A stretch of DNA of 52,228 bases from Thermoanaerobaculia bacterium (GTDB taxonomy: Bacteria > Acidobacteriota > Thermoanaerobaculia > Multivoradales > UBA5704). The position numbers and the translations under genes were made by a program. Positions 1 to 9,333 of this stretch are shown here, piece by piece. Every line of letters begins with the position of its first letter. Within the stretch, counting starts at the first letter, position 1. The notes beneath the pieces were generated by a model, which saw nothing but the letters and a program-made list of their open reading frames with translations, did no database searches and was not told the DNA's origin. The stretch spans positions 1 through 52,228 of the forward strand of contig JBGAGQ010000045.1 of NCBI GenBank assembly GCA_044226625.1, written 5' to 3'.

Positions 1-422
1 TCGCTCCCCTGCAGTGGATCGGTGATTCGAATTTCGGCGCCGTACGCGCGCAGGATCCGTTTCCGCTCCGGGCTCGCGCTCCCCGGTAGACAGAGCGTCA
101 CGGGGATACCGCGGGCCGCTCCGATCATCGCGTAGGCGATTCCCGTATTGCCGGACGTCGCGTCGAGCAATCGCCTACCGCGCGTGAACAGCCCTCGTCG
201 TTCCGCGTCTTGGATCATCGCGAGCGCCGCACGGTCCTTGACCGATCCTCCCGGGTTGCACAGCTCCGCCTTGGCATAAAGCGCGACCCCAGGACGTCCG
301 ACCAAGGGCGTCAGGTCCCAGAGCGGCGTGTTGCCGATCCGCGACAGCGGAGCGACCGCCTCGGTAGGAGGTGTCGCGGAGGGAGCGAAAAGCTCGGGAG
401 CGAGCGTCGTATCGGCTGGCAT
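1..422 (-). CDS. Cysteine synthase (PLP-dependent CysK/CysM family), 3' end beyond window edge
   Basis: Manual translation from ATG at 422: RIGNTPL...YAKAELCNPGGSVKDRAA (PLP lysine motif)...DATSGNTGIAYA...ERKRILRAYGAEI. Absent from the ORF track because no stop lies in the window. Confidence 0.93.
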   Translation of the reverse strand, partial: MPADTTLAPELFAPSATPPTEAVAPLSRIGNTPLWDLTPLVGRPGVALYAKAELCNPGGSVKDRAALAMIQDAERRGLFTRGRRLLDATSGNTGIAYAMIGAARGIPVTLCLPGSASPERKRILRAYGAEIRITDPLQGS

Positions 423-558
423 CGAAGCACCGCGGAGACCGGCTTTCGAGGGGGAAAATCCGGCCCGCGATCTAAATATGACATCTTTGATCATCTTTTG
501 GGAAGTGGGGGGCTGGACGAGCAGCTTGCCCGCTCGTAGGCGCAAGCGAATCCTGTCC

Positions 559-2229
559 TCAGTGGCCAGGATCGCCGGTTTGGAGCGAGAGCCGACTTCC
601 GGGTGAGAGGACTCCTTGAGCGCAGCCTCCCGCACCTGTGGCGGCGCGAAAATCGGCGACCGAGTTGCAGAGCGTCCACTCGCCCGCCTCGACCGCCGGA
701 AGGGCGAGACGCCGGCTCGCGGCATCGAACGTTCCCCATCGATCGAGGAAAAGGATCGGCACGAACGCTCCGCCGTGCGCGAGCAGGCTCTGACTGAGCG
801 GCGCCTGGCTCCCCTGCGGAAGCTCGATCTCCAGTGTGCCGATCGCTTCGCCGAGCGCGATCGTCAGGGATCCGTCGTCAGGGATCGAGCGGCGCGAGAG
901 CGAAACTCCATAGCCCGGTGCGCTAACGATCATGTCGACGGTGCGAGACGATCCCGGAAGTGCCGCCTCGAACGCTCCATCCGGTCCGCTGACGGCTCGC
1001 TCCATCGAGCTCAGCCCGCCCATTTCGACGGGGGGCCAGAGGAAGATCTCGGCACCCGGCACGGGGCCGATCGCCGAGCGGACGACACCACGGATCCGCA
1101 TTCGACGGTGAACGACGATCGTCAGCTCCGGGCCTGTGCTCTCTTCGTCGAGGAGAACCCTCTGGACCTCGCTCTCTCGATCGTCCGATTCCGCCTTGAT
1201 CGAAAGGTTCTCGGCGGCGAGGCCGCGCAGGAGAAAACGCCCATCGCCCTCGGTGCGTGCCAAGCTCACGCTGTGGTCTGTGATCAAAGTGAGCGAGGCC
1301 GGGACCCCCGTTCCCGACTCGTCGACCACACGCCCTTCCAAGCGGGTATCCGGCACGCGGATCTCGACCCGAGCTTTGGATTGGCCAGGACGGCGGCGGA
1401 CCGTCACGGGTTCGATAGCGAGCCGGTGGAGGCCGGCGCTCCGGTCCTCGGCTTGGACCTCCCAATCTCCCTCCGATGGAAGGAGCCCCAGGAACTCGCC
1501 GTTCTCGTCCGGCTGGAACTTCACCCGGCGCGGGCCGTTCGTGCCGCCGAACCAGAGGGCGCCGCGGAAAGGCTCGTCCCCCTGAAGGGCTCGACCTTCG
1601 ACAGCGACGGCCTCGATCTCCACGGACGCGAATTGATCGGTGTCGTTCATCTCGACGATTTGATCGGCCCAGATCCCTTCGTGGTCTCCGAGGACCCGAA
1701 CGTGCCAGCGTCCTGGAGGAAGCCAGCGCGCCTCCCAGGCGCCGGAATCGTCGGCGACGCCTTGCCGTTCGCCTCCGCCCGACGCGGATTCGCGATCGAG
1801 CCGAAGGCGCCAAGGCCGGTCGAAGGGATCGAGGGGCGGATCGACTTGCACCCGGAGCGTGGCCGGGATGCGCAAGGTGAGCGGCGTCTTGAGAACCTCG
1901 GGCAAACCGGCGCGCACGACGACAAGGGCAGTTTCCGAGGGCGCATATCCCTTGAGCTCTGCCCGCAGCGTGTAGGTACCGGGCGCCAACCCGGAGAACT
2001 GGAAGAATCCCTGCTCGTTCGGCCGCGTCACGCGCGCTAGGCGCTCCAACCGCTCGGCCGTGTCCGCGCGATCCGGAACGGCGGCAACGGGAGGTCCGAG
2101 GCGGACGATACAGCCGGGGGGGAGCGGGGCCCCGTTCGCCAGCTCGACCTGCCCGCTCACCGATCCGGCGAGGTAGGAGGCGTGGGCGGCGAACGCCATC
2201 GCAAACGCGACGAGGGAAGCGAAGATCAT
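559..2229 (-). CDS. Secreted protein with repeated carboxypeptidase-regulatory-like (CnaB/transthyretin-like beta-sandwich) domains
   Basis: Signal-peptide-like MIFASLVAFAMAFAAHA from ATG 2229; repeated G-x-V/D-x-x-G-x-F modules (GFFQFSGLAPGTYTLRAELKGYAP; LEGRVVDESG; GPDGAFEAAL). Confidence 0.7.
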   Translation of the reverse strand: MIFASLVAFAMAFAAHASYLAGSVSGQVELANGAPLPPGCIVRLGPPVAAVPDRADTAERLERLARVTRPNEQGFFQFSGLAPGTYTLRAELKGYAPSETALVVVRAGLPEVLKTPLTLRIPATLRVQVDPPLDPFDRPWRLRLDRESASGGGERQGVADDSGAWEARWLPPGRWHVRVLGDHEGIWADQIVEMNDTDQFASVEIEAVAVEGRALQGDEPFRGALWFGGTNGPRRVKFQPDENGEFLGLLPSEGDWEVQAEDRSAGLHRLAIEPVTVRRRPGQSKARVEIRVPDTRLEGRVVDESGTGVPASLTLITDHSVSLARTEGDGRFLLRGLAAENLSIKAESDDRESEVQRVLLDEESTGPELTIVVHRRMRIRGVVRSAIGPVPGAEIFLWPPVEMGGLSSMERAVSGPDGAFEAALPGSSRTVDMIVSAPGYGVSLSRRSIPDDGSLTIALGEAIGTLEIELPQGSQAPLSQSLLAHGGAFVPILFLDRWGTFDAASRRLALPAVEAGEWTLCNSVADFRAATGAGGCAQGVLSPGSRLSLQTGDPGH

Positions 2230-2449
2230 GGAAGCTCCGACGGCAGGCCGATTCTGGAACCTTCTCGATGATTGAGCAAGTGCGGCAGCGAGCCGGTATG
2301 AGCACCAGCCGCCCCCCGGCCGCACTCCGTCGCCGCCCTGATATCATTCACGGGTTCCGTGTCAGCCCGTTCTCGGGGCTCGCGGGGACCGAGGCTCCTG
2401 GGGCTCGGGCTCACGCGGCGGACGGACCTACGAGAGGCGAAATCCCTTC

Positions 2450-4576
2450 ATGAGCAACCTCGCGAGCGGCACCCTGATCGGCCGCTACAAGATCGACAGG
2501 TTCTTGGGCGCCGGGGCGATGGGAGAGGTATACCTGGCCGACGATCCCTACGTCGATCGGAAGCTGGCGATCAAGACCGTCCGTCTGGCCGGGCGCGACT
2601 CGGAGGTCGAGGACCGGAAGAAGCGCCTGCTGCGCGAGGCGCGGGCGGCGGGCCGGATGCTCCATCCGAACATCGTCACCCTGTTCGACGCCGGTGAGGT
2701 CGAGGGGATGCTGTTCCTCGCGTTCGAGTACGTCGAGGGGGCGGACCTGGCGAACCGTCTCGAGTCGGGGCCGCCGCTTTCGCTGTCGGACGTCCTGCTC
2801 TGGACGCGCCAGACCGCCGAGGCGCTCGCCTATGCGCACGATCACGACATCGTCCACCGGGACGTCAAGCCGAGCAACATCTTGATCGACGCCGCGGGGC
2901 AGGTGAAGGTTACCGATTTCGGCATCGCCAAGATGGGTGGTCAGAACACGGAGCTGACGATCGCCGGCTCGGTGATGGGGAGCCCCCAGTACCTGTCGCC
3001 GGAGCAGATCCGCGGCGAGGAGCTCGACGGTCGGAGCGACGTCTTCTCGCTCGGCGTCGTCCTCTACGAGCTGCTCTCGGGCAAGCGCCCGTTCGACGGC
3101 GAGACGCTCACCACCCTGGTCTACAAGATCCTCCATCAGGAGCCGCCGCCGGTCTCGGCGTTGCGCGCCGTGCCCGAGCGTCTGGAATCGCTGCTCGTCC
3201 GCATGATCGCCAAGGACCGCGATCAGCGGATCGCCTCGGCGCGCGAAGTGGCGGCGGAGCTGCGCCAGATCGAGCGCGACCTGCCCGACGAAACGCTCTC
3301 GCGGCCGGTCGTTCCGGCCGGCGTCTCCGTCCGGCCCCAGGTCGGACGCGACACCGCGCCGATGACGCAGCCCGCGGCGATGCTCGGCGGCGCGGGCGTG
3401 GCCACGGCCCCCGTCGGCGGCCGGACCGCTCCGAGCCCGAGCGCGCCGACCGTGCGCACGCCGAGCTCCGGCGTGGCGCCCTTCGCGCCGGCGAACGCGC
3501 CGACTTCCTCGACGGTCCCGCCGGGAGCTCCGGGAACCGTCCCTCCGCAGCCTGCCGTGGGTTACCCGCCGAGCGGGTTCGCCCCGCCGGCCGGTAGCGG
3601 GCGCAAGTTTCCGATCGCCTTGGTCGTCGTCGGCGCCTGCGTCGTGTTCCTCATCGGTGTCCTCGGCGCGTACGGCGTCTGGCGCCTGATCTCCAAGGGG
3701 AAGCCGGACGTGCCGCAGGTCGGCCTTCCGCCGGGCGGCGAGGTCGGCACCTCCGACCAGGGGGCAGACTCCGGCGAGCCGGAGGACCCCACGGCGGTCC
3801 CGTCGAAGACGCCGATGATCTTCGAATCCCCGCCGGGCACCCCCGTCGAGGGGCGCGTGACGGAGCGTCCCTACACCCCGAATCCCGCGGCGCCCCAGGC
3901 GTCGCCGCCGACGCCCGGGCCGGCGGAGCCCTCCACCCCCCCGAGTCGGCCCTGGAATCCCGCTCCGGTACCCCAGCCGACTCCGCCGACCCAGCCGAAC
4001 GACGGCGGCGAGGAGACGGCGGCGCCGGCCGAGGATTCGGGCGACGCGGTTTCGACGCGGCTCAATCTGGCGCTGCGCGTGTCGCCGTCCGACGCGTACG
4101 TCCTGGTCGACCGCACGGTCGTGGGCAAGGTCTCGGAGTTCACCGGCCTCAAGGGGAGCGGAGTCCTGGAGGTCGACGAAGGGGATCACACGATCAAGTT
4201 CCGCAAGGCCGGGATGGAAGACCTGGTGATGGAGATCGAGGCCGAGGGAGCCGGCACCACCGTGATTCCGGGGCGGATGAGGGCGCTCGCCTCGCGCGAC
4301 GTCCCCTCGGGTGACCTCGACGTCTATCAGGTGCGGGACGGGATCACCGTGCGCCTGACCCCGCCGGACGCGACGGTCACCGTCGACGGCAGCCCCGTGC
4401 GGCTCACCACCGGACCGTTCGGTCGCCGGAGCGGCGCCTTCATCGCGCTCGGTCCGGGCACCCACCGCGTTTCGATCTCCGCCCCGGGCCACCAGTCGAA
4501 GGATCTCGTGGTCGAGGTCCGGTCGGGCGCCGAAGAGGGGCGAGTGAAGATCGACGTCCAGCTCGAGCGGCAATAG
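2450..4576 (+). CDS. Hanks-type Ser/Thr protein kinase with Pro-rich linkers, one TM helix and C-terminal PEGA-like domains
   Basis: LGAGAMGEVY, AIK, HRDVKPSN, DFG, GSPQYLSPE, DVFSLG motifs; TM IALVVVGACVVFLIGVLGAYGVW; C-terminal V-x-P-x-DA-x-V-x-VDG repeats. Confidence 0.92.
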   Translation: MSNLASGTLIGRYKIDRFLGAGAMGEVYLADDPYVDRKLAIKTVRLAGRDSEVEDRKKRLLREARAAGRMLHPNIVTLFDAGEVEGMLFLAFEYVEGADLANRLESGPPLSLSDVLLWTRQTAEALAYAHDHDIVHRDVKPSNILIDAAGQVKVTDFGIAKMGGQNTELTIAGSVMGSPQYLSPEQIRGEELDGRSDVFSLGVVLYELLSGKRPFDGETLTTLVYKILHQEPPPVSALRAVPERLESLLVRMIAKDRDQRIASAREVAAELRQIERDLPDETLSRPVVPAGVSVRPQVGRDTAPMTQPAAMLGGAGVATAPVGGRTAPSPSAPTVRTPSSGVAPFAPANAPTSSTVPPGAPGTVPPQPAVGYPPSGFAPPAGSGRKFPIALVVVGACVVFLIGVLGAYGVWRLISKGKPDVPQVGLPPGGEVGTSDQGADSGEPEDPTAVPSKTPMIFESPPGTPVEGRVTERPYTPNPAAPQASPPTPGPAEPSTPPSRPWNPAPVPQPTPPTQPNDGGEETAAPAEDSGDAVSTRLNLALRVSPSDAYVLVDRTVVGKVSEFTGLKGSGVLEVDEGDHTIKFRKAGMEDLVMEIEAEGAGTTVIPGRMRALASRDVPSGDLDVYQVRDGITVRLTPPDATVTVDGSPVRLTTGPFGRRSGAFIALGPGTHRVSISAPGHQSKDLVVEVRSGAEEGRVKIDVQLERQ

Positions 4577-4621
4577 GGGCCGGCTTAGAAGTCCAAATGA
4601 AGAAGCTCGCATGAGGTGCCC

Positions 4622-5911
4622 ATGAGGAACAGATCCCGCCGACGGGAAGGGGGCGGCGCCGATGCCGTGCCGCGCCTACCCGGTCAGCTTTCGCTTCACC
4701 GGCTGGACAACGGTCTGACCGTCGGCCTGCTTTCGAACCGCCAGGCGCCGGTGGTCACCTCCGCCCTCTGCTACCACGCCGGTACGCGGGACGAGGAAGC
4801 GCGCCATGGAGGCGCGGCGCATTTCCTCGAGCACATGATGTTCAAAGGCTCCCGCGCTTATGGGCCGGGCGAGATCGATCGCCGGACCCAAGCGCTCGGC
4901 GGTGCGAACAACGCGTTCACCAGCCACGACGCCACGGTCTACTACTTCAATTTCGCCGCCGACCGCTGGGTCGAGGCGCTCGCGATCGAGGCCGATCGGA
5001 TGGCCCACCTCGCGCTCGATGCCGCCGAGACGGCGAGCGAGCGGCAGGTGATCCTCGAAGAGATCGCGATGTACGACAGCGATCCGTGGGACGCGCTCGA
5101 GATGGCGACGATGGCGCGCCTCTTCCCGGACCACGCCTACGGCCTGCCGGTGCTCGGAACGAAAGAGAGTTTGCTCCGAACCGGCGACGCCGACCTGCGC
5201 CGCTTCCACGAGGCGTTCTACCGCCCGGACAACGCGACCTTGATCGTCGCGGGGGACCTCGACGACGGCGCCCTGGACCGCGTGCGCGAGACCTTGGGCC
5301 GACTCGAGCCGGGCGCTGCGGCGCATCCGAAGCTTTCGCCCGCGACCTTTCCCGATCGCCTCGAACGGCTCGATCGCGACAAGGGCGAGGTGCCTCGGCT
5401 CCTGCTCGCCCTCCCCGCGCCGGCCGCGAGCGACCCGGAGCACGCGATCGCCCGGCTGCTCGCCGACCTGCTCGCGGGCGGGCGGGCGAGCCAGCTCCAC
5501 CGGCGCTTGGTCGACGAGCTGGAGCTGTGCGCCTGGGTCTCGGTCGACGTCTCGGACAATTTGGACGCGGGGCACTTCGCGATTACTGCGGAGCTGATCC
5601 CCGGCGTCGAGCCGGAGCGCGTCGAGGCCGAGCTGATGGCCGAGCTCGCCCGCCGCGTCGACTCCGCGCCGAACGACGAGGAGATCGCCCGCGCGCGCCG
5701 GATCGCCATCGCGGATTGGGTGTTCGACCACGAGAAGGTCCACCAGCAGGCGGTCTCGGCGGCGCTCTCGGTCGCCCTGTTCACCCCCGACCACCACGAG
5801 CGCCAGCTCGCCGCGATGATCGCCGCGACGCCGGACGACCTGCTCGCGGCGGCCGGACGTTGGCTTCGTCCGGATCGGGGCGCCGTGCTCGGCTGGTCGT
5901 ACGCGCGATGA
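4622..5911 (+). CDS. M16 family zinc peptidase, catalytic (HXXEH) subunit
   Basis: LDNGLTV, GAAHFLEHMMFKGS, NAFTSHDATVY, YRPDNATLIVAGD. Start uncertain (4616, 4622 or 4667). Confidence 0.9.
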   Translation: MRNRSRRREGGGADAVPRLPGQLSLHRLDNGLTVGLLSNRQAPVVTSALCYHAGTRDEEARHGGAAHFLEHMMFKGSRAYGPGEIDRRTQALGGANNAFTSHDATVYYFNFAADRWVEALAIEADRMAHLALDAAETASERQVILEEIAMYDSDPWDALEMATMARLFPDHAYGLPVLGTKESLLRTGDADLRRFHEAFYRPDNATLIVAGDLDDGALDRVRETLGRLEPGAAAHPKLSPATFPDRLERLDRDKGEVPRLLLALPAPAASDPEHAIARLLADLLAGGRASQLHRRLVDELELCAWVSVDVSDNLDAGHFAITAELIPGVEPERVEAELMAELARRVDSAPNDEEIARARRIAIADWVFDHEKVHQQAVSAALSVALFTPDHHERQLAAMIAATPDDLLAAAGRWLRPDRGAVLGWSYAR

Positions 5912-6693
5912 GCGGCGACCGCGTGGTGGAGGAGATCGTCGGCGAAGCATCGAATGCCACGACCGAGCGGCCGGGGGACCTCCTGCGGCATCTCCTGCGC
6001 GCCCATCCCTGGCACGGCGTCGACCTTGGGGCGGAAGCTCCGGAGACGGTCACCGCCTACGTCGAGATCGTTCCGACCGATACCGTCAAATACGAGCTGG
6101 ACAAGCGGACCGGCATCCTCCGGGTCGACCGGCCCCAGCAGTTCTCGAACGTCTGCCCGGCTCTCTACGGCTTCCTGCCGCATACCTATTGCGACGTCCG
6201 CGTCGCTGCCTCGGCCGCCGAGCGGACGGGGCGCCTGGTGACCTCCGGCGACCACGATCCGCTCGACGTCTGCATCCTCTCCGAGAAGACCTTCTCGCAC
6301 GGCGACGTGCTGCTGCGCGCGCGGCCGGTCGGCGGTCTGCTCCTGCTCGATCGCGGAGAGGCGGACGACAAGATCGTGGCGGTGCTCGAAGGAGACGCCA
6401 CCTACGGGCACGTGCGCGACCTGTCCGACCTGCCGGAGGCGCTGGTCGCGCGGCTCGAGCACTACTTCCTCACCTACAAACGGGCGCCGGGCGCGGACAA
6501 AGTCGAGCAGGTGATCGCCCGCGTCTACGGCCGGGCGGAGGCCCATGCCGTGATCGAGCGCAGCCGCGAGGACTACGACGCCGCCTTTCCCGATCTCGAC
6601 CGTCGCCTGCTCGCGGCGCTGCGAGCCGCGCTCGCCCCGGCCCGTCCGACGGTGGATTCAACGGCCGGACCGACGGTGGGAGGTGCGGCTTGA
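5908..6693 (+). CDS. ppa: Soluble inorganic pyrophosphatase (family I)
   Basis: HPWHG, YVEI...KYELDK, VDRP, YGFLPHT, GDHDPLDVC, DRGEADDKIVAV, HYFLTYK; ATG 5908 overlaps upstream TGA (ATGA). Confidence 0.93.
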   Translation: MSGDRVVEEIVGEASNATTERPGDLLRHLLRAHPWHGVDLGAEAPETVTAYVEIVPTDTVKYELDKRTGILRVDRPQQFSNVCPALYGFLPHTYCDVRVAASAAERTGRLVTSGDHDPLDVCILSEKTFSHGDVLLRARPVGGLLLLDRGEADDKIVAVLEGDATYGHVRDLSDLPEALVARLEHYFLTYKRAPGADKVEQVIARVYGRAEAHAVIERSREDYDAAFPDLDRRLLAALRAALAPARPTVDSTAGPTVGGAA

Positions 6694-7952
6694 GCGCGCC
6701 GGTATCATCGATCGGGAGCACGGCCGGCCGGACCGAGACTCGGCCTGGGCTCCACCTGCGCACCCGCCGGGTGGACGGCGCGCCGGTCGTCGCGGTTCGC
6801 ATCTGGATCCCCGCGGGTGCCCGCGTCGAATCCGCGCCGGGTCAGGCGATGCTCACCGGGCGGATGCTCTCCGAAGGGACGAAGACCCGCGACTTCCGGC
6901 GCATCGCCGAGGAGGCCGAGAGCCTCGGTATGAGCCTCGCGAGCTTCGGCGGTTTCGAGGTCTACGGCGTCACGGCCGACGCGCTCTCCCGCGACTGGGA
7001 GCGCGCGCTCGAATGGGCGGCGGAGCTCGCGCTCGAATCGACGTTCCCGGCTGACCGCGCGGCATTCGTGGCCCGGCAGGTCGAGGCCGATCTCGAAAGC
7101 CTCGGCGACCAGCCCGACGTGCGCACGGCCTGGGGTTTCCTCGACCAGCTTTACGCCCCGCACCCGCGCGCCCGTCCGGTTCAGGGCACCGTCGAGAGCC
7201 TGCGCGCGGCGACGCCCGAGGATGCCATCGCCCACCACGCCCGGGGCCTCGCCTCCGGCGTCCTGGTGGGGATCGCGGGAGCGATCGATGAGGACCACGT
7301 GCGAAAGCGCGCGGAGCAGCTCTTCTCGACCTTGCCCGCCGCCGCCTCGGCCCCGCCCGAGCCCCCGGCTCCGTCGGGCCGCTGCGAAACTCATCGCGAG
7401 GTCCAGACCTCGGCCGAAGATCAGGCTCACCTCTACATGGGCCACCTCACCGTGGCGCGTGACCACGAGGACTACGAGGCGCTCGAGCTGGTTGCCGTGG
7501 TGCTCGGCTCGGGGGCGGGCCTGACCGGGCGGATCCCCGCGCGCATCCGCGAGCGGGAGGGGCTCGCCTACACCTCGTACGCCCAGACGATCGCGGGCGC
7601 CGGCTTCGATCGCGGCAGGCTCGTCGCCTATGTGGGGACCTCCCCCGAGACGGTCGCCCAAGCCGAGCGCGGCGTGACCGAGGAGATCGCGCGCCTGGTC
7701 GACGACGGAGTGACCGACGCCGAGCTCGAAGAGGCGCGCGCCTATCTGCTCGGGCGCGACCCGTTCCAGCGCGAGACCGCGCGGCAGTGGGCGGAGCTGC
7801 TCACCGAGGCCGCCCTCTACGGCCTGCCGATCGACGACCCGGCTTGGCGCCTCGGGCGGCTCCGTGCGGTCGACCGGGCGACCGCGGAGGCGGCGGCGCG
7901 GCGCCATCTGCGTCCGGCCGACCTGCGGGTCACCGTGGGCTTGCCGGAGTAG
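6690..7952 (+). CDS. M16 family peptidase, non-catalytic partner subunit
   Basis: M16 fold without HXXEH (AMLTGRMLSEGT), carries IREREGLAY (R/Y motif); TTG 6690 overlaps ppa stop (TTGA). Confidence 0.85.
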   Translation: MSAPVSSIGSTAGRTETRPGLHLRTRRVDGAPVVAVRIWIPAGARVESAPGQAMLTGRMLSEGTKTRDFRRIAEEAESLGMSLASFGGFEVYGVTADALSRDWERALEWAAELALESTFPADRAAFVARQVEADLESLGDQPDVRTAWGFLDQLYAPHPRARPVQGTVESLRAATPEDAIAHHARGLASGVLVGIAGAIDEDHVRKRAEQLFSTLPAAASAPPEPPAPSGRCETHREVQTSAEDQAHLYMGHLTVARDHEDYEALELVAVVLGSGAGLTGRIPARIREREGLAYTSYAQTIAGAGFDRGRLVAYVGTSPETVAQAERGVTEEIARLVDDGVTDAELEEARAYLLGRDPFQRETARQWAELLTEAALYGLPIDDPAWRLGRLRAVDRATAEAAARRHLRPADLRVTVGLPE

Positions 7953-7957
7953 GCCGC

Positions 7958-8872
7958 TTGGAAACTTCGTCCTCCGCAGCACCTCGAAGCGTCGAGATCT
8001 ACACCGACGGCGGCGCCGATCCGAACCCGGGCCCGGGCGGTTGGGGGGCCGTGCTGATCGATCCCGTGACGGGCAAGACCCTGGAGATTTCGGGCGGCGA
8101 GCCCCGGGCAACCAACAATCGGATGGAGCTCACCGCGGCGATCCGGGCGCTCGAAGCGCTCAAGAGCCGCTGTCGGGTCCGTCTGGTCACCGACTCCCAA
8201 TACCTGCGCCGCGGCATCACCGAGTGGATCGCCGCCTGGGAGGCGCGCGGCTGGAAGAGGAAAGACGGCGAGCTGTTGAACGTCGACCTCTGGCAACGTC
8301 TGGCCGAGCTGGTCCGCCTCCACGAGATCCGTTGGGACTGGATCAAGGGTCACGCCGGGCACAAGCACAACGAACGGGCTGACCGCCTCGCCGCGGCCGA
8401 GATCCGCGCCCTTCGCGGCCACCGGATCGCCGAGCTGCCGCCGGTCGTGGCGGACCTGTCGATCTACCTGCGGGTGGCGAAACCCAAGGGGTGCGGTCTC
8501 TGGGCGGCTCTCTTCGTGCGCGACGGCGACGAGGAGTTTCGCTCCGAAGAGGTGCCGAACGCCGCCTCCCCGAACCAGCTCGACATTCTGGGCGCCGTGG
8601 AAGCGCTGCGTGTCCTCCCCGACGCGACCCGCGTCGCCCTCTACACCGGTTCGGACTACCTACGCCATGGAGCCTCGCGTTGGCTACCCGGCTGGAGCCG
8701 CAGCGGCTGGAAGACCAAAGAAGGAGCCCCGGTCAAGAACCGCGAGCTCTGGCAGCTCCTCGAAGCGCAGATGAAGCGCCTCAAAGTCGAATGGCCCGAG
8801 ATCAAGGGGCGCGACGTGCCGGAATTTCTCGAGGTGGAGCGGCGGATCAAGGAGCTTGGGAAGCTCGGGTAG
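7958..8872 (+). CDS. rnhA: Ribonuclease HI with a second, degenerate RNase H domain
   Basis: IYTDG, PGPGGWG, TNNRMEL, TDSQY, WIKGHAGHKHNERAD; second copy has YTGSDY...GWKTKEGAPVKNRELWQLL. TTG start at 7958 inferred. Confidence 0.9.
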   Translation: METSSSAAPRSVEIYTDGGADPNPGPGGWGAVLIDPVTGKTLEISGGEPRATNNRMELTAAIRALEALKSRCRVRLVTDSQYLRRGITEWIAAWEARGWKRKDGELLNVDLWQRLAELVRLHEIRWDWIKGHAGHKHNERADRLAAAEIRALRGHRIAELPPVVADLSIYLRVAKPKGCGLWAALFVRDGDEEFRSEEVPNAASPNQLDILGAVEALRVLPDATRVALYTGSDYLRHGASRWLPGWSRSGWKTKEGAPVKNRELWQLLEAQMKRLKVEWPEIKGRDVPEFLEVERRIKELGKLG

Positions 8873-9089
8873 ACAAGGTGTCTCGAAGCGACTCCCAAGT
8901 CCGTCTCGCGAACAGCACGACAATCGTCGGCAGTCGATCCCCGAGGATCTCCATTCCGCGGAGCCCTCGGTCCATCGCCGGGATGACGAATGCGGCTGGG
9001 GAAAAGACTTGCGCCTCTGACCACGCGGAAAAGCGGGTGTCGATCCCGGGGTGACAGCTTTCGAGCCCGGCGAGCTGGTTGCCGCGAGG

Positions 9090-9330
9090 AGTTTTCTCAG
9101 GGAGCGGAACGCTTTTCTCAGCGCCGAATTCGCTTTGCGGGAGAGAAAGCGGGTTCGGCAGCGGGAGAAGGCCTTTCGGCTCCGGGCGTAGGGGTTTTCT
9201 CGATCAGAAAAGGGTTCGCGCGGGCCGGAAATTCGCTTCGCCGATCGGGAAACGACGTTCTGGCTCGCGAAATCGAATTCGGCGGTCCCGCGAGCGCTCG
9301 CGTCTTTCAGCGAAGCGAATTCGGCGTCGG
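9090..9330. repeat. Degenerate ~21-bp periodic tract in a convergent intergenic region
   Basis: TTTTCTCAG at 9092 and 9113; TTCGGC at 9154 and 9175; GAAA at 9207, 9228, 9249, 9269; CGAATTCGGCG at 9274 and 9316. Confidence 0.55.
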
Positions 9331-9333
9331 GAA

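Noticed and set aside
2411-4612. Long antisense ORFs (also 616-2040, 18945-20255, 25377-27065, 40265-42433, 42485-44758 and others)
   Set aside because: Shadow ORFs opposite well-supported genes, expected in high-GC DNA; no recognisable motifs.
9090-9330. CRISPR array
   Set aside because: No constant repeat with unique spacers and no cas genes.
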